A stretch of DNA of 64,000 bases from Dudresnaya verticillata. Its lineage: Eukaryota. The notes under the pieces are model-generated. The model saw nothing but the letters and a program-made list of their open reading frames with translations, did no database searches and was not told where the DNA came from. Position numbers and translations under genes: made by a program. The stretch is taken from NCBI GenBank assembly GCA_977862235.1, contig OZ374563.1:868001-932000 (forward strand). The letters run 5' to 3'. This document shows positions 35,941 through 48,024 of the stretch, one piece after another (position 1 is the stretch's first letter; the number at the start of each line of letters is the position of its first letter).

Positions 35941-37205
35941 AGATGGGGAAGAGAAGAGGTCAGGGCACAAATTGCCATGCAGCGTGGCAAAGTGTCGCTT
36001 TGGAGTTCTCACGGAATCGCGAGATGCAGATAGCACTATCGTGGATCCCAACAGGTTCATCCCCACTACTAGCCGACAATCCAGGGATCCATGCGAGAAA
36101 TGGGGAGTGGGCAAACAAAACCGCTGAGGCGAAAACCTTTGAAAATATACAACCGTCGGACCAGTCGGGAATCGAACTCAGTTTCCCGATTGACGATGCA
36201 CCTGTTAGCGACTACGTCAGAAATTCTCACAATGCGTGACGTGCCATCCACACACCTCCCATTCGCTGTTTCCATTTCATTACGAGCCCCGCAGTACGTG
36301 ACGTACAATACTGTACAATCCATCCGAATTTCACAAATGCACAGTATCTTCCCTCACCCTCTCACGCATTCGCTTCGGCAGTTGTTGGCGCGTGCCGGCT
36401 TGCAGTGCATTGCACTTCGCCGCGTGCGGATGACAATCCAGTACTTTACTCCACATTCAACCCCGAGCAACAATCCCGATACAATTGAGCCCACTGCAGC
36501 GCCATTCCGAATGGCTCCATCGCCGTTTCCCGCGACCAACTGCATCACGCTTTGGGTTACATCACGTCCGATGTATAACGGCGCTTTGTCACTCTATGAC
36601 CTCTCAGGGAAGCATAACATCCAGAAAAGATGCCGACTGAATTCGAGTCGCGCCTCGCTGCACACATCCCGGAATGGGCAGAATACTACTAACCGTGGAA
36701 CGTTATTATTTGCACCCATTTTCGTTCTTTCCGGTTACAAACAACGTAACAGCAACATTGCTATTTCCCATCATACCAACGCAACAGCAATATTTTCAAT
36801 TCATCGCCGTTGAGCATTTCTGCAGCTGCTGCAGTGCCCATCTCCGGTCTCGCCGCCCCGTACTGATCTACCTCACCCCTCTGCGTTCCTGCTCCCCCCC
36901 GCAAGTGTTGCAGTACCTATCTTGTCTCCGCTTCCTACTCTATCCTTGTCCCTGGTTTTCCGGTTCTTTTACGCCCGTAGCGTTGTTTGAAACTCCGAGT
37001 CCGCCGGCCAAAACGCTTACCCACCTTGGCGCACAGCGGCGCAAACTGTATCGGTCTTCTTTCCCTTTCTCTTCTGCCCAACTCGCCGGAAAGTTGCTAC
37101 GACCTCGTTCACCCTCCCCGTTCGCTTCGCCTAACTCGCTCATCTCCATTTCTCCTTCCCTGTCCATTCGTTCTCAACGGCAAAACATATTCCACTGATC
37201 TCACA

Positions 37206-38516
37206 ATGCCTTTCTTGTTCAATAGGGTTACTTCTCTGTTTGCTTCTCTGCAGACCTCTGCAATTGTGAGGAAATTTTCTCGGACTCGGTCACCATCCGA
37301 GGACTCCAACCCTGATGCACGGTGTGACGTCGCACCGGCCACGACGGGAGCGGAACAGAAGAATAAGTCTCGAAAGCGTACTACGGTGCACTCACAGTTG
37401 GAACCGGATACTCAACTGTCCGCAAGTAAGAAGACTCGCCGTGGTCCGACGTCGCCTCCCGCTTCTGGAAGATCTGAGTCCATCCCAGATTGGGGTCCTT
37501 CTCGACCAACAAAGCCTCAACACCTGAAACAGTGCATACCGACTTTGAAACGAGAGAGACGCCCACAGCTGCCCGGCAAGAGGAATGCTAGTCGCTCAGT
37601 CAGCTCCCCTCAACAAGCTAGGTCACTGTCAAATCCGTGCCTCAATAATCGTCCAGGGTCTCAGAATCTGAAACGCTCGGCACCGGGCCCTGAACAGGAA
37701 CCCGACCTTCAAAACACAGGACTGAAGAAGGTTTGTCGCAAGACGGGCGCTATAGAACCTGTTGCAGTCAGTCAAGCCCCACTCACTACCAATCTGAGAA
37801 CGTCACAGGCTGTGCAGCTGAGGCAGTCCAACTCGGATGTGGAGAGAGAATCTGCACCTCAGCAGCCCCGGCTCGTAAACTCTCGTATGGGATTGCGTAC
37901 TCCTCGACAGCTCAACATTGCATCTGTTTCAGCTTCCAAGCGCATCTATAGCGCAGCTTTGCTTCGGAAATCAGTCCCCGTGAAGAACCGCATACCCCCA
38001 CCACGCAAGATAGACTTTGATGGACCACCACCGCCTATGCCAGGCGTCCCCGAAGACTATTTCTCTCCAGGTGCTCGTGGGTCGTTTCATGCCGGCACGC
38101 GGTCGAGCTTGGAGTACATTTTCGATGCGCCTGCACGGTCCAAAGCCGTTGCTGAGTTCACCTTCAACACGGCCGACCCAATCCGAGCGGATAAAGTCCC
38201 GCATCCCGACTTGGCACCTGTTGTCAAGAAGCAAGAGCGAGAAGGAGTAGTGGGAGGGTCGTCCACGAAGGGCGTTCCTCTCGACCAGCAACCCAAGGAT
38301 GCTGGGCCTGATGGTGACGACCGGCCGTTTTATGCGGATTGGGGTGTTGAAAATCCAGGCTTCAAGGAGAGGATGAGGTCAACTCGGCGGGGATGGTTGA
38401 GAGAAAGGAAAAGGCCGCACGAGTCGGATGGGTACCAACTGGTTCTGAGAAGGTTTCGATGGACTTTTGCCGAGGAACATAGCATTCCGCATGGGTCTCT
38501 GTATAGCCCGTTTTGA
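37206..38516 (+). CDS. Orphan basic protein X (~436 aa): disordered Arg/Lys/Ser/Pro N-part plus two conserved blocks
   Basis: Long ORF (first ATG 37206); ADPIRADKVPHP and FRWTFAEEH blocks shared with paralog Y. Confidence 0.72.
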   Translation: MPFLFNRVTSLFASLQTSAIVRKFSRTRSPSEDSNPDARCDVAPATTGAEQKNKSRKRTTVHSQLEPDTQLSASKKTRRGPTSPPASGRSESIPDWGPSRPTKPQHLKQCIPTLKRERRPQLPGKRNASRSVSSPQQARSLSNPCLNNRPGSQNLKRSAPGPEQEPDLQNTGLKKVCRKTGAIEPVAVSQAPLTTNLRTSQAVQLRQSNSDVERESAPQQPRLVNSRMGLRTPRQLNIASVSASKRIYSAALLRKSVPVKNRIPPPRKIDFDGPPPPMPGVPEDYFSPGARGSFHAGTRSSLEYIFDAPARSKAVAEFTFNTADPIRADKVPHPDLAPVVKKQEREGVVGGSSTKGVPLDQQPKDAGPDGDDRPFYADWGVENPGFKERMRSTRRGWLRERKRPHESDGYQLVLRRFRWTFAEEHSIPHGSLYSPF

Positions 38517-41332
38517 CGCGGTCTCAATGCTGCAGTGCGTACAACGCAAGCTTACATTATCATCAGCTGCTACTTCCAAACATTTTCAAGTTAACATTGG
38601 AGAACAAGTAAAGGACGCTGGAAATCTGCGGTGACATGCCGCACATGCTTTCAAATTGCGTCAGGCTACAGGTGTTGTGCTTCTTATTGTGGTCTCGGCC
38701 TGCCTCGGATTCAGATCTTTTGCATACCCCATAGTTAGAATTTCTAGCACCTTCATGACTAGAGGGAGGAGGGGTGAAGAATTCGCACCAAAACCGTGGA
38801 TATGACAAACCAGCTCTTGCACTCTCCTCATGATTAACGGGGGAAACAGAGCTGGCGACAAGCTGTTTTGTCGCACGAGAGTGACGTGATAACATAGATG
38901 TTGTAAATCAATCCTCTTCGTTATTGTAGTTGCTTCTTGAAAGTGCACTACAGTATCTTGAACTTCTGCGGCCCGCGCTGAGTTGCAAGCGCGGCCATAA
39001 ATTGAGATAGGCATAGTACCCGAAGTGGACTTGAAAGCAGAAAATCGACACAGTTCTGCATTGCCACACTTTCCTGTCCCGATTCGCCAGCGGCGGCAGT
39101 TAAACTCTGGTAACTCTTTTCTCGAGATGCTCTTGTTCCCCCGCTCTCCCCCGTGACCCATCAGCACCAACTTCGTTTCATGTCTTCAAAAATCCCTGTG
39201 CTGTCACTCTAATTCACTCTTGTTGGCAGCGCGCTCGACTCTATCGGTCGTCTGCTTCTCTATTGCCCAATGGCACTTGATAGGCGCGTCCCCGGCTTGA
39301 TTCACTGTTTCTCGCACTATATGAATGTCTTTCCATACGATCTCTTACTCTAACGCACGCAGATAGTACAACACGCGAAACCGTCTTTTATGAAGCAACC
39401 AGGCCCTGATCGGAACAGGGTCCAGGGAAGGTGGATAGAGTGTGTGAACAAGATTGTGCTTGCGCCTGTTTTGTACGCGGCACTCATCTGGAAGTTTCTC
39501 GCGTTCGCTACCCATGTTTCCTTACACAGCGCACTGCATGTATCTGTGTCCTTCTTTCTCTCTCATTCCCCGACTGCTACAAAAACTCATGTGCAAACAA
39601 ACCAAGACCTTCTCATCATCAAAAATTGCTTGACATTTGTCTGAAAACTTGCAACAGGGTCCATGACTGCAGCCGACAAGATAGTCCTAGCCATGGTCCG
39701 CCGTCGTTTTACTTTGTGATGAGTACCTGTTCGTTATTTGAACTCTGGCCTATCGTTTCCTCGGCTGTTAAAGTGTACGTGGTGAGTGCGTCCAGTACAA
39801 ACATGAATGCAAGCCGTCTCCGGTGCTTACATGGTTTTTAAATACGCACTGGGCAATCAAAAGGAGTATCGGTTATGTTTGGGAACCGGAACGTTTTCTT
39901 TCGACGAGAGGGCTGAGGATGGAGTGCGTAAGCCTTTCAATAGGCTTAAGACAGGCGGATGCGTCTGACGGAGAAGGTAGCGGTTATGGGCAGTTCACAT
40001 CGACATGGGGCACTCTTTCCGTATGGATGGAACCACCGAACGAATCCTTATTTCTGATAGAAATGTGAAGGCCCACTCGGCTTTGGTGCGGAACAGAATG
40101 CCATACATAATACTCCCATTCGCCGTTTCCATTGTGCATTGTGGTTGAGGGCACCACCGGTACCTTGCGACTCCTCTTCTCACCTCCCTGTCGGGCTTGC
40201 CTTCTGAAAATGATGTCAGTGCTTGTAGAACGCAGAGCAGGCATGGCACAGATACCACTTCCGCATTTCGTTGCTACTCTCACTCATCATTTTTTGGGAG
40301 GCTTCCGCATGGATATACAGTTATCAGCAGAAACCTGTTTGGTGGAATGCACATATCTATTGTCGGTTGCCACCATACGTACCGCTGTTCGCTTCTAATG
40401 AAGCGTTTTCCCTCTACTTCAATCTGTCGTCACGCTAATTAGAACCCAACAATGACTGACACAATCTCATCCGATAGTATCATCCTGCATTGTCTAGGTT
40501 CCATGTAATATCGGGAAAGCTGTGCGCTTCCGGCAGCGAAGCGAGGTCGGGAGAGACTCACAGCTGTCCTTGAATACAACATAGCCCGTCACGCGTCATA
40601 ATTGCAACTTCCTGTGCACCACAATCCCATTGACGCCGTACCATGACCAGTCAGTTGCACTTTGCCCCGTACCTCTATCCCTACCCACCCCACCCCCACC
40701 CACACTCTTGCCCGGCATCCTAACCCGTGCTCACACAAACAAACTCCCGCGCTAAGCGACCCCTTCCCCTGCTCACACAAGTACAGCTGACGGAAGGCTC
40801 AGCCTTCAAATGTGCTGTGAACAGTGCTCTTCTTCCGGTTGCCTCGTTCTGTTCTGCACTGCTCCCAAACCGTGCCACAAGTGTTCACTCCTGGCCACTC
40901 TACACAGGTTTCTTTAAGCTTGTTTTTATTGCACTACTCGCTTCGCCCTACCTCGTTGAAGTTTCCAAGCTTTCTTTCTATCCTTCCCGAAAACAATTCC
41001 AAGCTTCCTTTAAGTTCACCTTACTGTTTCCCGCCTCGGTCTTATTCATTTGACTCTTATTGTTTCTCCTCCCTCTGCTTATTGAGCCCTTGTTTCTGCA
41101 TTCTGGCCTCAATCTTTCCGTGCTTTGTTTCTACCTCTTCCCCGCCCTGCCGCGCGTTAGTGCACCGCTTTTCGTTGCCGTCGCTGGCGTATTCTTCCCG
41201 CGCGCTTCGGGGGGAGAACTTGCTGTTCGAGTTCGTGCTACTCCTTTGCGTTCCGTCTTCACGCTTGGCGCTGCTTCCACTCCGGTTCGCCTCCATCTCG
41301 CAGTGCTGTGTTACCCTCTATCTTTTCCCAAT

Positions 41333-42433
41333 ATGTCGCCGTCCAATCACGCCAAACGCTCTACCCAGAACGTACACCAAGACGCGTTTGTTGCTTTGAC
41401 CCACGCTACCGTTGATTTCATGGCTACCTCTGCTGCACTATTGGACAAGGTCGTTGACCTTCAAAATCCTACCGCTGTGGACACCTTCCTCTCCACTCTG
41501 GCCGACCTGCCTCGTGTGAAGGCGCTCTTACCCACGTTCGAGCGCAACCCCCACTTTCAGTCCCTGCTTCGCATCTTTTCGCACTTCTCTGCTGACTCTG
41601 CTGTTTCTGCGAAACCGTCATCCGCTCCTTCGACCCCGCCGAGACCTTCGTATTTAGCGGCTACGACAACTGGTCCCGCCCCTAAACCGGTTCATCAGCT
41701 TCCAGTATTGGGTCGCAAGGGCCTCGTGGAGCATTCGAATGCTGGTAAAACACCGCTGTCTCGCAAATTCGCAGGTTCTGTTCGCCGTACAAACCGCGTC
41801 TTGTTCGGTGGGGATCAGAAGCGCTTTATTGCTGTCCGTACTGCTACTGGCGCTCCCCCGCTTGCTTCGCCTGCTGAATTCCGCAAAGCGCTCAAGCAAG
41901 GTGGTTTCCCTGGCTCATGTGCTATCGTCCGCTCTGAAGACCCCACCGTGTTCTATGTCTGTGCTTCACTACGTGATCTCACCTACACGAAAGCTGCGTA
42001 CAATTAGTTTACTGCTCTGGCCAAAGAATCGGACAACTTCGATGCCCCTCATCTGACATTTTCCCCACCAATCGCTCTCAAGAATGTATTGACGTCGAGT
42101 GAAGATATCAATACAATTGCGCGACCGCTACGAAATGAGATCAATCGTCTCGACGCTACAAGCTGTACCTGGGCTCCTCGAAAATACTTTTCTCTGGCAC
42201 TGCGCTCAGAGTATGAAGCACTAGAAGAACGAATGACTTCACTCGGGCGCACGCTACCGAGTCTTACCGAATCCGCGACGGGCGCTGCTTCTTCCCGACA
42301 ATCGCGTGTGTATCCCCGTTATTCTCGACCCGATTCTGATGGATGGACCACTGTTCTTGATTCCCATCCGCCGGCTCCTCCGTCGGCTTTGTCCCCAGAT
42401 GTAACCGACACTGCGATGCCTGCGGCTGAGTAA
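41333..42433 (+). pseudogene. ORF1 of the CRE-like element (in-frame TAG at 42005-42007)
   Basis: ORFs 41060-42007 and 42089-42433 share a frame; its stop overlaps the ORF2 start as TAATG. Confidence 0.65.
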
Positions 42434-45400
42434 TGGAAGAAACAACAACCCTCTTTCAAAAATGCCCTCGTCCGGACATCGTATTTGCACTTCGTATCCC
42501 CACCGTCAAATATATTCCAAATTGTCTTCGTGCGGACTGGCACGCTTTATGCGTCCATCTTTTTAACCGATTCGCAGTCGCATCTACATGTACTGAAAAA
42601 CAAGAACGCTTCGCTCGTGTTTGTGATGTGGCAAAGCTCGTGCTACGGTTTAATGGACGCGGAGAACCCAGAAATGGCAATAAGTCTGCACTGATTCGCC
42701 GTTTGCGTGACCGAATTCAACTGGCAATTCGCGGGCAATGGAATGAAATTTGGGAGCAAGCCTCCAGTGCCTTTACCTCGCTTCCCAATACTTCTTGCCA
42801 ACCTACAGTGGATCCAGTCCGCCAATGCCTTCGGTTTATGGCCGAGGGGGCCATCAGTAAGGCTGCACGCGCTTTGTGCTCTACTACTTCTACTGTTATT
42901 GCTAATCCCAATACCAAGACGGTCATGGAATCTTTTCACCCGCGTCCGGAAATTCCAGTTAAACCCCGCTTGCCACAATCACTCCCAGCTGCATATGCAT
43001 TCAACGAGGCGGATGTAAGACGGGCTCTTAGAAGTCTTCCAGTACACAGCTCACCTGGCCCGGATGGTCTCCGTCCGCTTCATCTTAAGGCGTTAACGCA
43101 TGCCCCGGGTGGTTCGGAGCCATCCCACTCTGCAATCGTGGCTCTGACCGCCTTTGTCAACAAATGTGCTACGGGCTCTTTACCTCCTCGCTACAGTGCC
43201 TTGTTTGGGGGTGCCTTGCTTCTGGGTCTTCCGAAGCATCCATCGTTTGTTTCTAAGCTTCGTTCTATTGCCATTGGTGGCATCCTTCGTCGTTTCGTTG
43301 CCCGCCTGTTGATGAAGAAGATTGCCCAGGACAATGCTATTCGTGAATACCTTCTTCCTCATCAATTTGCAGTGGGAATCCCTCATGGAGCCGAATCTAT
43401 TATTCACGCCATACGTTCTTTCGTGGAGTCTAATACTGAGCAAGACTATGTCCTTCTTAAGCTTGATGCCACCAACGCTTTTAACTGTGTTGAGCGTTCT
43501 ATTATTCTCAGTGAAGTTATCGAAAGAGCTCCTGGCATTGCAAAGTTTGTGCATTTCCTTTTCTCGACTGAACCCGTTCTTCTATTTGGTCAGTTTCAGT
43601 TGTTCAGTCGGACAGGTACACAACAGGGTGATCCGTTGAGCATGCTACTTTTTGCTCTCGCGATTCATCCCCTGCTCATCAACATGCTCTCTACGTTCGC
43701 CTCCATCAAACTTCTTGCTGCATATGCTGATGAAATTCATGTTGCTGTTCCGCGTTCTACTGCTTTCGATGTTATCCAGTTTCTAAAGACCCAAGGCCCC
43801 AAAATTGGTTTCAATCTGCACATAGCAGTGGGGAAAACGGAAGCTTGGTGGCCTTCTTTATCGTCCCGTCGTGTTTCTCGTTCCAACTCCCTAGGTTGTC
43901 CTATCAACAATCATTCTTTTATCACAGTTCTGGGCGCCCCTATTGGCAGTATTGAGGGCTGTTTACAACATCTAAGAACTAAGCATGAGCCCATCCAATA
44001 TTTCTGGGCCCAACTGCAGCAGCTTAATGATCCTCAACTCGTTTTTCATTTATTACGGTACTGTGCTGGAACTTCCAAGCTGTCATACCTACTGCGATGC
44101 ACTCCCCCGCAACTAACCCAAGCCATTTCATTAACACATGACTGTGGCATGCGTGGAGTGTTTGAACACACACACTTTCCACTGTCGGATGCATCCTGGG
44201 ATATGGTCTCGCTTCCCATGCGACACGGTGGACTAGGTCTTAGAAATGCCCGTCACATTGCCCACTGCAGCTATATCACCTCCGTCCTGTCCTCTCTCGC
44301 CGGGATTCGATGCCTGGTACCTTTTCATTCTCCTACTTTGCACCATTTCCTCGCCCCGTCTCTTCATAACATTCGCGAACAGCAACTACTCCGTGAAGAT
44401 CGTGAAAAATGGAGTGTTTCTTCTATATTGTCGGCCGCATCTTCCATAGGCCATGGTGTCGTTCCCGCTTTGTCCCAAGATCTTCTTCCCTATATTCAAC
44501 GAAAATTGCGACACGAACTCATGTCCCAGATGACTACTCAGCATAGCTCTCGTGCCCGAGTACGGATTCAATCTACCTCTACTGTCAACTCTAGCCGCCC
44601 TTTCAGTGCCCTCCCATATGCATCTTCTTCTACCCGCGTACAACCCGACATATGGCTCACCATGCTCAAACTCAGACTGGGTGTGGCGATCTTCCCTGGT
44701 GATCGCCCTTGTCCTGCTTGTCTCCATGGCACATCCGCTGAAGTTCCACTCCTTGATATCTTTGGACACCATGCCACAATATTTCGATCGGGAACTGGCA
44801 GCATTCGCCGCCATGATACCCTCCGAAATCAACTTGGGGCTTTCTTTCGTAATACTGCTCGGAACCATGGCGTTACTGTTCAGCTTGAACGCAACTTTTC
44901 CTACCTAGAGGAGACTGGGGATTCCCGAGTTATGGCGTCTTCTGCACGCACTGCTTCAGAAAGGCGTCGCGATTCCCGTCAATTACAACGTACTGAAGAC
45001 CGTTTCGAAGAAGACCGACGTGACCATCTTCGTATGGATCTCTATGTTGATGACCCTGCGTTTGCTCCCCTCCCGCAAGCATTTGACGTCTCCGTGGTGA
45101 CACCACACCATCCAACTACACTGTCCAAAACGCCTCGCTCTCAACATCAAGCTATTCACCGCCGCGAGCAAGCTAAAGCCCGTCATTATCGTCGCTTATG
45201 TTCTACCAACCGGATAGAACTCCATCCTATGGTGATGGACATCTATGGTGCCATTGGCTCTGGGTTCGATCGAGGCGCTCAGCGCGTGGCGAATTTCCTA
45301 GCTGCTATGAAGGGCACTTCGCCGATATCTGAGAAACTATCTCTTCTCACCCACCTCACCTCTCTTGTACTTCAATCTGTCGCGGTGGCTGTTAACCGCC

Positions 45401-45438
45401 GTTTGCTCTTCGACCGTCGCCTTTCAGATGAGTTTTAG
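42433..45438 (+). CDS. ORF2, 1001 aa: reverse transcriptase, zinc knuckle and PD-(D/E)xK restriction-like endonuclease; probably inactive
   Basis: SPGPDG, QFAVG, KLDATNAFN, GTQQGDPLS, AYADE (YxDD altered), LGAPIG, LPMRHGGLG, CPAC...GHHA, RHD, RMDL...FDVSV...REQAKARHY...PMVMDIYG. Confidence 0.92.
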   Translation: MEETTTLFQKCPRPDIVFALRIPTVKYIPNCLRADWHALCVHLFNRFAVASTCTEKQERFARVCDVAKLVLRFNGRGEPRNGNKSALIRRLRDRIQLAIRGQWNEIWEQASSAFTSLPNTSCQPTVDPVRQCLRFMAEGAISKAARALCSTTSTVIANPNTKTVMESFHPRPEIPVKPRLPQSLPAAYAFNEADVRRALRSLPVHSSPGPDGLRPLHLKALTHAPGGSEPSHSAIVALTAFVNKCATGSLPPRYSALFGGALLLGLPKHPSFVSKLRSIAIGGILRRFVARLLMKKIAQDNAIREYLLPHQFAVGIPHGAESIIHAIRSFVESNTEQDYVLLKLDATNAFNCVERSIILSEVIERAPGIAKFVHFLFSTEPVLLFGQFQLFSRTGTQQGDPLSMLLFALAIHPLLINMLSTFASIKLLAAYADEIHVAVPRSTAFDVIQFLKTQGPKIGFNLHIAVGKTEAWWPSLSSRRVSRSNSLGCPINNHSFITVLGAPIGSIEGCLQHLRTKHEPIQYFWAQLQQLNDPQLVFHLLRYCAGTSKLSYLLRCTPPQLTQAISLTHDCGMRGVFEHTHFPLSDASWDMVSLPMRHGGLGLRNARHIAHCSYITSVLSSLAGIRCLVPFHSPTLHHFLAPSLHNIREQQLLREDREKWSVSSILSAASSIGHGVVPALSQDLLPYIQRKLRHELMSQMTTQHSSRARVRIQSTSTVNSSRPFSALPYASSSTRVQPDIWLTMLKLRLGVAIFPGDRPCPACLHGTSAEVPLLDIFGHHATIFRSGTGSIRRHDTLRNQLGAFFRNTARNHGVTVQLERNFSYLEETGDSRVMASSARTASERRRDSRQLQRTEDRFEEDRRDHLRMDLYVDDPAFAPLPQAFDVSVVTPHHPTTLSKTPRSQHQAIHRREQAKARHYRRLCSTNRIELHPMVMDIYGAIGSGFDRGAQRVANFLAAMKGTSPISEKLSLLTHLTSLVLQSVAVAVNRRLLFDRRLSDEF

Positions 45439-45631
45439 ATAAGCCCCCTTACGGGGCTGTAGTCTTTCCTATGCATAAAGGTCTCCATCTCCATCTCTGT
45501 TTCCCGCCGCTTGCTGCCCTTGTTCCTACCGTTTGTATTGGCAGAAAATTTTGCTACCTCAGCATCCTCTCTTTTCTTTTCTCCAGACCAATCCTCTTGG
45601 CACAAGCTTGCAGACAGATAGACTTCCTACT

Positions 45632-46649
45632 ATGCCAAATCTCAAACGCAAAAAGGGGTATGTGAACTCCAAACCAGTGGAACAACCGTCTCAGCCGAAA
45701 AGGACTCGAGGCGAGGCCCCTACTCCTCGCTCGGATCACACACGCAGGAAGTCGGTTGTGTGTCGCAACCCGAAATGAGACACTGCTTTCATCAAAAAGA
45801 GTTGTAGCCGACAATCGCCCTCTTCGCTCGTCCCCGGGACAGAAGGGCACAGCCAGGAGATGGCGATCTAAACAATCTCCCACTGTCCGAGAAAAAAAAT
45901 CACCGCGAATCAACTTTGACGACACGCCACCTCACAAGTCAAAGGTGCCGAAGGGGTACTTTGAGACAACAGAGCTCCAATCAAGGAATTTTCCACCCGG
46001 GGGCAACGACAGTTCGCGAATATGTGTTCCACGCATGGCCTAGAACAAAGGCCATTGGGGAGTACTTGCTGAACCTGTCCGACCCCACACGAGCCGACAA
46101 AGTACCACATCCTGCTGCAGCACAGTTTGCAAATAGATGCAATAGTTCTGTACTATGGAAGCCCAGCGTAGTCCAAGCTCGATCACTTTCGCTGGCGTGA
46201 CTCCTGGCAACGAGGTGATAAAGGTTTCGGGGAAGTCTGTAGACGGCAAGACACTGGAATGTTACCAGCGCACACCGGGATGCTCCTCTGGAGAGCATCA
46301 GAAAGAAGGTGAGAAGAAGGTGGGATTCAGGGCATCTAATGTTGGGACTGTGCAGGTATTCGGAAGTGGAAAAACGGCAAGGCGCTACTTGGTGTTGCCC
46401 ATTGTGGAAGACGGAGAAACCAAAAGTGGTAAACAGCAACGCAAAGGATGCCAGAAAGCGCAGGATTTGAGTTTGTATAAGGCGGCCTTTAAGGAGGAGA
46501 TGCGTGCGCGGCGGCGGAGTTGGCTGGGAGAAAGAAAGGCGCCGGTTGGTTCTGAAAACTTTGCGGTGGTTCTCAAGAAGTTTCGGTGGACGTTTTCCGA
46601 GGATTATAGGGTTCCGCACAGCAGACGTTTTTGTCCTTGTCCGTTTTGA
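45632..46649 (+). pseudogene. Orphan protein Y, copy 1 (premature TGA 45776-45778 and frameshifts)
   Basis: Collinear with intact 54370-55380 but broken into ORFs 45533-45778, 45916-46200, 46155-46649. Confidence 0.8.
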
Positions 46650-47793
46650 AGGAAGGGAAAAGGGCAAGAATATGGGCTGGAGGTGAGGGGCTGATGTCAG
46701 GCGGAGATGAAGTCGTAGAGACGCCAGCCTTGGCAAGAAGAGCAATAAGAAAGTTATTCTCTTCGAGTATCTGTCCACGTCTCGGATAGGCAAGATGACA
46801 ACACAAGCAATCTCTTTTGTTCCTTGGTAGTCCAAGGTTAGTCTAATGAACTCAAGACCGATAACAAAAAGGAGAATCCTTATTGTTGCAGTACCACTGT
46901 TTATGCTTCTTGGAACTGTTAGCCCTCACGAGGGTACTGCAGATGTTTTGCACTGGGACCGAGGATCTGGCCCAGACGGTAAAGAAGAAGAGTCCCAGAT
47001 CATCTGGGACTCTTCTTCTTTACCGTTAGCTTTCGATTATGCAGTAGGTGCTTAAAGCACCTTGCTTGTGCCGGTATTGCTTGTGCGGGTAAAAAGTGAT
47101 TCGGTGGTTGCTGTTGCGATTGTCTTTGCGCTCCCCTTAGGGAGCGGAGTTGGTTGTTCGTGAAGCTTGTCAGCACCATAGCTGGTCCTTTTGTTTAAGG
47201 CTCATGTCATATCGGCGGTTATTGGCCACTCTTTGAGTTGCACGTTTTTGACGGGCGCCTTATTCGCGTTTCAGGACTATTGAGCTTTCACTGGTGACGA
47301 AAATCCGCGCCATTCCAAAACATCAAATGATCCCCAGCGTGCGCTGATTTGCACATCGCCTCGCCTTTTTCCGCCCTTAGGTCTACAATCCCTACAACGA
47401 GCCACTCGTCAGGTCAACCCTTGCATACCTGGAGCATCCCGAGAAGGCAAACTTCTCAGGCCGTGCAGAATCAAGAGAGCCGGTGCAATGTTGTGGAGAA
47501 GACCAAATGTTGGACAGGACGAAGAAAAGGTCCGTGATTCAATAGGATGGAGGCGTAACAGGCACCGCATAATGTACACGGGATGATTCAGGACGTTTCC
47601 TCGGAAGGAACGGCACTGAACCCAGCAAATCCCACTCTAAAATGCACGGCAAGAAATCGTTTACTCATTCCACTCGCCAAATGTTAAGTCACGGCTGTAT
47701 CACACATAACACGAGCGATACCTGCTACTGAGAGCAGCAACAAGCGACGTTCGACACAAGGAAAAGCCCAAGCCGACGAAGAGGGCGTAAGCG

Positions 47794-48024
47794 TCACATT
47801 CTGGCATACTCACAGGGAAGCTCTTCAAAAAAGCAAGTGTGAATGGGTGTGTTCTCGATATGGCAACATTTAAACCCGGGTTGGCAGCTGTGGGCGCCGG
47901 GCTCACAAAACCCGAACTTGACAGCGGTGGGGATGCTTTTGGCCTTTAGCGGGGCGGGTGCGGCCGCCGTGAACGAGAAAAACAGGCCTGCGGCGGAGAG
48001 GAGGAGGAGGAGGAGACGGGGCAT
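47794..48024 (-). CDS. Secreted knottin-like peptide, copy 2
   Basis: Protein identical to 34572-34802. Confidence 0.75.
   Translation of the reverse strand: MPRLLLLLLSAAGLFFSFTAAAPAPLKAKSIPTAVKFGFCEPGAHSCQPGFKCCHIENTPIHTCFFEELPCEYARM

Larger units (their letters stand above)
41036..45496 (+). mobile_element. Non-LTR retrotransposon with RT and restriction-like endonuclease (CRE-like), two ORFs, 4461 bp
   Basis: 12-bp TSD CTGTTTCCCGCC (41024-41035, 45497-45508); empty site in copy 2 at 54235-54246; 3' end (CTCCAT)n. Confidence 0.93.
34154..47375 (+). repeat. Tandem segmental duplication, copy 1 (~8.7 kb plus a 4.5-kb non-LTR insertion)
   Basis: Starts CTTAGGTCTACAATCCC, repeated at 47376; matching ORF set throughout. 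Confidence 0.93.

Noticed and set aside
38661..40442. ORFs of 80-170 aa in the middle of the duplication unit
   Set aside because: No recognisable motifs; the longer ones are frameshifted between the two copies.
40920..40945. ATTGCACTAC resembling U2 snRNA loop IV near the non-LTR target
   Set aside because: No U2 5' end or branch-pairing sequence nearby.
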